A stretch of 63,905 nt of DNA, counting the filler. It is 8 parts of 8 records of this genome, joined end to end, with 100 filler letters (N's around TTAATTAATTAA, not from the genome) between each part and the next. Parts side by side here need not be neighbours in the genome. Positions count along the whole stretch, not along the records: positions 58,877 to 63,905 come from SRR31156797_40044; 7 more parts are not named here. One strand, given 5' to 3'. Position 1 is the first letter of the stretch. The number at the start of each line of letters is the position of its first letter. This document shows, piece after piece, positions 59,457 through 63,905 of this stretch. A model generated the notes under the pieces. The model was not told where the DNA came from, made no database searches, and saw only the letters and a program-made list of their open reading frames with translations. A program made the position numbers and the translations under genes.

Positions 59457-60378
59457 TTCGCCGCCTCATCTCCGCGGTTTTTCCCACCGCTGTTTCATCC
59501 GGCGCCATCCGCCGCCGCCCGCAATAGTCAGTATCCGAGCAGACAAACATCCGGCCGCCCAGGTTATCCATAACTATTTCATCCAGAAAGCTGTCCTGCG
59601 CCCCGCAGAGTTCACAACCGTGATCCCAGGTTTCCACCTGGAAAGGATAGTCTTCAAAATCCAGGCTTTTAACCCTGGTGTACGGCGGGACCGCGTAAAT
59701 GCGTTTTTCGCGACCGGCGCCGAAAAGCATCAGGGCCGGACTGTAGTCCATTTTCGGATTATCGAATTTGGGAATAGGGGACGGGCTCATGACATATCTG
59801 TCGTTAACCAGCACCGGATAATTGAAACCCGAGGCAATGCGCCCGTGGCGGGTTATGTCCTCGTACAACTTGACGTACATGGCGCCGTATTCTTCCAGGG
59901 CGTGCATCTTCCTGGTTTCGGTCTCCCTGGGTTCCAGCCATCTTAAAGGTTCGGGAATCGGCACCTGAAAAACCATTATCTGGCCCTCTTCCAGGGGCGT
60001 TTCCGGAATGCGGTGCCTGGTCTGAATAATCGTGGCTTCTCTTGTGTCTTCTGTTTCCCTTACCCCGGCCGTTTTCTTGAAAAACTGTCTTATGGAAACA
60101 GCGTTGGTAGTGTCATCGGCGCCCTGGTCTATAACTTTTAAAACATCATCCGGACCTATTATACTGGCCGTTACCTGAACGCCGCCGGTTCCCCAACCAT
60201 AAGCCAGTGGCATTTCCCGTCCGCCGAAAGGCGCCTGGTAACCGGGCGCGGCCACGGCTTTAAGCAAGGTGCGGCGAATCATTCTTTTGGTTTGTTCATC
60301 CAGGTACGCAAAATTGTATCCCGGCATAGGCCCTGCAGAATCCGGCCGGGAGTCCTTTTTATCATTCCGCGACATCAT
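59449..60378 (-). CDS. phnJ: C-P lyase radical SAM subunit PhnJ
   Basis: GYNFAYLDEQTKRMIRR, MPLAYGWGTGG, CxxC...CSDTDYC. Confidence 0.97.
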   Translation of the reverse strand: MMSRNDKKDSRPDSAGPMPGYNFAYLDEQTKRMIRRTLLKAVAAPGYQAPFGGREMPLAYGWGTGGVQVTASIIGPDDVLKVIDQGADDTTNAVSIRQFFKKTAGVRETEDTREATIIQTRHRIPETPLEEGQIMVFQVPIPEPLRWLEPRETETRKMHALEEYGAMYVKLYEDITRHGRIASGFNYPVLVNDRYVMSPSPIPKFDNPKMDYSPALMLFGAGREKRIYAVPPYTRVKSLDFEDYPFQVETWDHGCELCGAQDSFLDEIVMDNLGGRMFVCSDTDYCGRRRMAPDETAVGKTAEMRRRNE

Positions 60379-61481
60379 TAAATACCTTCCTCCGGCGTTG
60401 GGGCTGACTCGCCGGACGCTTCCGCCCGCATCTGCCTGACCATGACCAGGTCCGCCTGAAAATCCACGTGGTGGGGCAGCTTCAGATGCTGAAGGAATCC
60501 CGAAGATTCCACATTATCTCCATGATATAGAACAAACTCTTCATCCTGGACCGGGGAATAGGGTTCTTCTCCCAATTCCCCGCACCTCAGCGCCCGGTCA
60601 ACAACAGACATGGACATGGCTTTTTTTTCGTTTGCCCCGAAGACCAGTCCGTACCCCCTGGTAAACTGCGGAGGAACGTCTTTCGATCCTTTAAACTGGT
60701 TTATCATTTCACATTCCGTGACCATAACGTCGCCGATTTCAATCGGAAATCCCAATTCTTCGGGTTGAATCACCACCGGCGCTTCTCCGATTCTTATCTC
60801 GCCGACAAAGGGGTGGCTGCCTCCAAAACCGCGCTGGGCCGAGTAGCCCAGGGCCAGGATAAAGCCTTCATCAGCCCTGGCCAGGCACTGCAGGCGCATA
60901 TCCCGATCCGCTGGCAGCCTCAGTGGATCCCGGGTTATATCCCCCGCCGACGGGTCGCCCTCCGGAGGCGTCTCTTTTTCAACCAATCCCTCGCCGTCCA
61001 GAAATTCAACTACCTTCGGCATATCGTCATCTATTTCTTCAACACCGGCTTCCGCCTCGGGCGTAATTTCGTCATCCCCGGCCAGTGAAAAATCCAGCAG
61101 CCTGTGGGTATAATCATATGTCGGTCCCAGAACCTGTCCTCCGGGCAGATCCTTATATGTGGCCGATATTCTGCGAGTAATGCACATCCGGCTGGTGTCG
61201 ATCGGCTCACTGACTGCAAACCTGGGCAAAGTCGTCCGGTACGCCCTTAAAAGAAAGGCGGCTTCAATAAGATCGCCCTGGGCCTGTTTGACGGCCAGGG
61301 CCGCCAACTCCCGGTCGTAAACAGAACCTTCGGCCATGACGCGATCCACGGCCAAACCCAACTGTTCGGAAATTTGTTCAAGAGAAACCTCTGGGACTTC
61401 CCGCTTACCCCGCCGGTTGTCGGCCAGCAGCTTGTGGGCGTTGGCGATCGCCTTTTCTCCGCCTTTTACCGCAACATACAT
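60378..61481 (-). CDS. phnI: C-P lyase subunit PhnI
   Basis: MYVAVKGGEKAI, GGQVLGPTYDYTHRLLD, HLKLPH.VDFQ. Confidence 0.97.
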   Translation of the reverse strand: MYVAVKGGEKAIANAHKLLADNRRGKREVPEVSLEQISEQLGLAVDRVMAEGSVYDRELAALAVKQAQGDLIEAAFLLRAYRTTLPRFAVSEPIDTSRMCITRRISATYKDLPGGQVLGPTYDYTHRLLDFSLAGDDEITPEAEAGVEEIDDDMPKVVEFLDGEGLVEKETPPEGDPSAGDITRDPLRLPADRDMRLQCLARADEGFILALGYSAQRGFGGSHPFVGEIRIGEAPVVIQPEELGFPIEIGDVMVTECEMINQFKGSKDVPPQFTRGYGLVFGANEKKAMSMSVVDRALRCGELGEEPYSPVQDEEFVLYHGDNVESSGFLQHLKLPHHVDFQADLVMVRQMRAEASGESAPTPEEGI

Positions 61482-61483
61482 AA

Positions 61484-62089
61484 TCAGGCCTCCACCTGTA
61501 CGGTTCGAGGCGCCCCGCATACCGAACCGGGTCCAACCAGAAAAATATCAACGCCCCTGGGAAACAGGCTGTTATTGACCCGGACTTCACGCCAAAATTC
61601 ACGAGGCAGACCAGTTGCCGAGATATAAACTTCACTTTCTATACCCGGACCGGAAAACCTGACGCCCGGTTTATTCTCAAGGCTTTCAACCTGTATAATC
61701 AGGGTTGTTGAAGTTTCGGGGTATTCCATACTTCCAAGGGCGAAACTTTCCAGTCCCGGGATATTCCTGCAGTCGCCCGCCAGGGCGAAAGCCGCATCCT
61801 TTCCATTCGGAGTAAACGGACATCCGCAGTGGAAGCCCAGGTATTGTCTGATCTCTTTTTTGAACAGAGCGTCATCCAACCAGATCGGAGTATCCAGATC
61901 AAAGAGAGACAGGCAGATTGCTCCGGCGGACGGGTAAAGCGGCGAGGGCGTTTCCGGCAAAACCGGCAAATTATAAATTCGGCCTGGTCGCGCCATGGCC
62001 TCCAGAATTATACGGAACGTAGACTGGCTGTCCATGACCGGGTCGTTGAAACCAGGGGCCAGGCCCGTTGAACCATTCATTTTATTCAT
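61484..62089 (-). CDS. phnH: C-P lyase subunit PhnH
   Basis: GFNDPV.DSQ.TFR..L.AMARPG, FHCG, GPGI, FPRGVD, PRT. Confidence 0.95.
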   Translation of the reverse strand: MNKMNGSTGLAPGFNDPVMDSQSTFRIILEAMARPGRIYNLPVLPETPSPLYPSAGAICLSLFDLDTPIWLDDALFKKEIRQYLGFHCGCPFTPNGKDAAFALAGDCRNIPGLESFALGSMEYPETSTTLIIQVESLENKPGVRFSGPGIESEVYISATGLPREFWREVRVNNSLFPRGVDIFLVGPGSVCGAPRTVQVEA

Positions 62090-62531
62090 CCCCTCTGACC
62101 ATGGTGAAAAAATCCACCTTGGTCGGCGATACCTTTAAGCTGTTTTTGCGCCTGGCCTCTTCTTGCGACATGGACATGGGCTTAATGACTCCAGCCATCA
62201 GGTCTTCCCTGATATCCGGATTCTGCAAAAGCGCGTCGAACACCGCGCACAATTCAGCGCGTCGGCCTGTGCGACCAGCGACATAGCCATAGCCGGTTTC
62301 GCCATTGCCAAGCCTGACCACGCACCTGGTGACGGTCATTTCCCCCAGGCAAAACTGCCGGCCTGTATTTCCAGCCCGGGCCTGAACCATGGTCAACCCT
62401 GTTTCAGGTTTTCTCAGGAAAATGTAGTCGGGCTTTTCGAGCAGGCTTTCCCAGGCTTTTTCCAGTTCGTCTCGTGATGAACGGGCGAGCACGCTGATCC
62501 AGAATTGTCTCATTTTTGTATCTTCGTTCAT
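62082..62531 (-). CDS. phnG: C-P lyase subunit PhnG
   Basis: R.PETGL.MV.AR.G.TG..F.LGEMTVTRC, TKVDFFTMVRGD. Confidence 0.95.
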   Translation of the reverse strand: MNEDTKMRQFWISVLARSSRDELEKAWESLLEKPDYIFLRKPETGLTMVQARAGNTGRQFCLGEMTVTRCVVRLGNGETGYGYVAGRTGRRAELCAVFDALLQNPDIREDLMAGVIKPMSMSQEEARRKNSLKVSPTKVDFFTMVRGDE

Positions 62532-62558
62532 CTTCAGAAGAATCCCCGCATTAAAATT

Positions 62559-62633
62559 TGTATAGACATCTACTTTTCTGTCTGGTATACCCATATCCGG
62601 CGGCCTTGTCAAGCCTGTCACAAAAACTTAACA
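62559..62633. promoter_or_regulatory. divergent phnG/phnF control region: PhnF-type operator, sigma70 promoter, Pho-box-like repeat
   Basis: TGTATAGACA near-palindrome 62559-62568; minus-strand TTGACA-N17-TATACC (62612-62584); GTCACA/TTAACA 11-bp-spaced repeat 62617-62633. Confidence 0.6.
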
Positions 62634-62646
62634 AGAGGCTGAAAAG

Positions 62647-63369
62647 ATGGAACTGTCCCGCGGAAAAGGGGTAACCCTCTGGAAGCAAATTGCCGATATT
62701 CTCTCGGCGGAAATAAACAGGGAAGTTTTTGCACCCGGTCAACGCCTTCCTTCCGAACATGATCTGGCCGGCAGGTTCACTGTCAACCGCCATACTGTCC
62801 GCCGGGCCCTGGCCGACCTTGAAGACAAAAGCATTATCCGCGTTGAACACGGCAGCGGCGCTTTTGTTCAGGAAAAAACAGTTGAATACAAAGTCAGCAG
62901 GCGCACCAGGTTCAGTCGCAACCTTGCCGATCAAAAAATGACCGCGGGCAACATAATTTTGGATGCCGGCGAAATTGCAGCCTCGACGGAAGCCGCTCAA
63001 GCATTGGAGCTTAGAACGGGAACAAAACTTTATTACATTGAATCTTGCGGAACCGCCGACGATAGAATAATAGTTACCGGAACCAACTTTTTTCCCAAAG
63101 ACCGCTTCCAGGGCATTATTGAATCTTTCAAGGAAAGCAAGTCCATCACGTCCGCGCTGCGTGAATGCGGCATTGCAGACTATTTCAGAAAAACAACCCG
63201 TGTCGCATCCAGGATGCCTTCCGCCAAAATTGCCAGACATCTCCACATTCCCAAGAGTCAACCGGTTTTAAAGGTAACCGCGGTCAACATGGATACGGCA
63301 GGTCGACCAATCCAATACGGAGTCCATTATTACCACGGCGATTTGGTTGAACTTGTGTTCGAACCTTGA
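62647..63369 (+). CDS. phnF: GntR/HutC-family regulator PhnF
   Basis: LWKQIA, RLPSE..LA.RF.VNRHTVRRAL, RTRFS.NL, UTRA domain. Confidence 0.92.
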   Translation: MELSRGKGVTLWKQIADILSAEINREVFAPGQRLPSEHDLAGRFTVNRHTVRRALADLEDKSIIRVEHGSGAFVQEKTVEYKVSRRTRFSRNLADQKMTAGNIILDAGEIAASTEAAQALELRTGTKLYYIESCGTADDRIIVTGTNFFPKDRFQGIIESFKESKSITSALRECGIADYFRKTTRVASRMPSAKIARHLHIPKSQPVLKVTAVNMDTAGRPIQYGVHYYHGDLVELVFEP

Positions 63370-63443
63370 TCCCGAAGGCTGCGCTGTTACCAGTCCCCTT
63401 CACTTCAGACCTTCCTTGATTTCGAGTCCGCTCCCACACCTGA

Positions 63444-63905
63444 TTATTCAGGGTCGTACTTTTTAGCGAATTCGCGAGCGTCGTAATTTCTGAAATCATT
63501 CATGGCTTCCTTCAGTTTTTCGTGCGGCCAGTCCCACCAGGAAATTCTCAACAATGCGTCCTGAACATCCTTTGGAAACCGGTCCCTGATCGGCTTGGCC
63601 GGAACACCGGCCGCCACCTGGAAAGGCGCGACATCCCTGGTCGCCACGGCGCCCGCGCCTATAGCCGCCCCGGTTCCGATATTCACCCCGGGGAGAACAA
63701 CGGCGCCATGTCCTATCCAGACGTCATGCCCTAAAGCGACCTTGTGCCGCCTTCGCCATTCAAAAAAGGACGGATCGTCTTCCCCCATTTCAAACTGCCT
63801 GCTGCGGTATGTAAAATGGTGCAGGGCGGCTCGGTCGAGGGGATGGTTGCCGGGATTAAGCCTGGCGAATGATGCAATACTGCAGAATTTTCCGATACTG
63901 GCATA
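63444..63905 (-). CDS. phosphonate-associated hexapeptide acetyltransferase (CAT/Vat-like), 5' truncated
   Basis: IGKFCSIA..RLNPGNHP..RA..HHFTYR, GHDVWIGHGA, GVPAKPIR.RF, WWDW. Confidence 0.88.
   Translation of the reverse strand, partial: YASIGKFCSIASFARLNPGNHPLDRAALHHFTYRSRQFEMGEDDPSFFEWRRRHKVALGHDVWIGHGAVVLPGVNIGTGAAIGAGAVATRDVAPFQVAAGVPAKPIRDRFPKDVQDALLRISWWDWPHEKLKEAMNDFRNYDAREFAKKYDPE

Noticed and set aside
62551-63261. 236-aa minus-strand ORF
   Set aside because: Antisense shadow of phnF.

Overview
The window is a concatenation of eight unrelated contigs separated by artificial N-TTAATTAATTAA-N linkers (6501-6600, 13207-13306, 22816-22915, 37627-37726, 46603-46702, 52711-52810, 58777-58876). 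(1) 1-6500 looks like a mobile element. It carries a MarR-regulated cargo operon and a tyrosine recombinase whose apparent true N-terminus is cut off by an in-frame TAG. Upstream of that is a ~700-nt intergenic region of about a dozen back-to-back hairpins with plus-strand G-U pairs, followed by a tandem-HTH gene and an IS21-like end. (2) 6601-13206 is FCB/Marinimicrobia-like: GNAT, bile acid:Na symporter, three tandem lipoprotein paralogues of D-glucuronyl C5-epimerase, and a secreted protein with a CTD. (3) 13307-22815 is Desulfobacterales-like: a tRNA-Pro end, an alkaline phosphatase remnant, and a putative lipid-modification cluster (glutamate-cysteine-ligase-like 802-aa protein, PSD, Lgt-like protein, class 3 lipase, divergent PHP-GT4). 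(4) 22916-37626 is a Deferribacterales-like flagellar cluster flgFGAHIJMNKL-fliW-csrA with a giant FlgL and a tRNA-Met end. (5) 37727-46602 holds a secreted hydrolase with an eCIS-type leader remnant, a PEP-CTERM protein, an MBL hydrolase, a ChiS-like hybrid kinase and trpB. (6) 46703-52710 holds bioY and a pur operon with a PAICS-like PurC-PurE fusion and an inserted four-helix-bundle gene flanked by 8-bp-phased repeats. (7) 52811-58776 has a dead-integrase/GntR fusion regulator, a TPP enzyme and a peptide-type ABC transporter. (8) 58877-63905 is the C-P lyase operon phnGHIJK with phnF. All family calls come from recognising motifs by eye, with no database searches, and the taxonomic labels are inferences.
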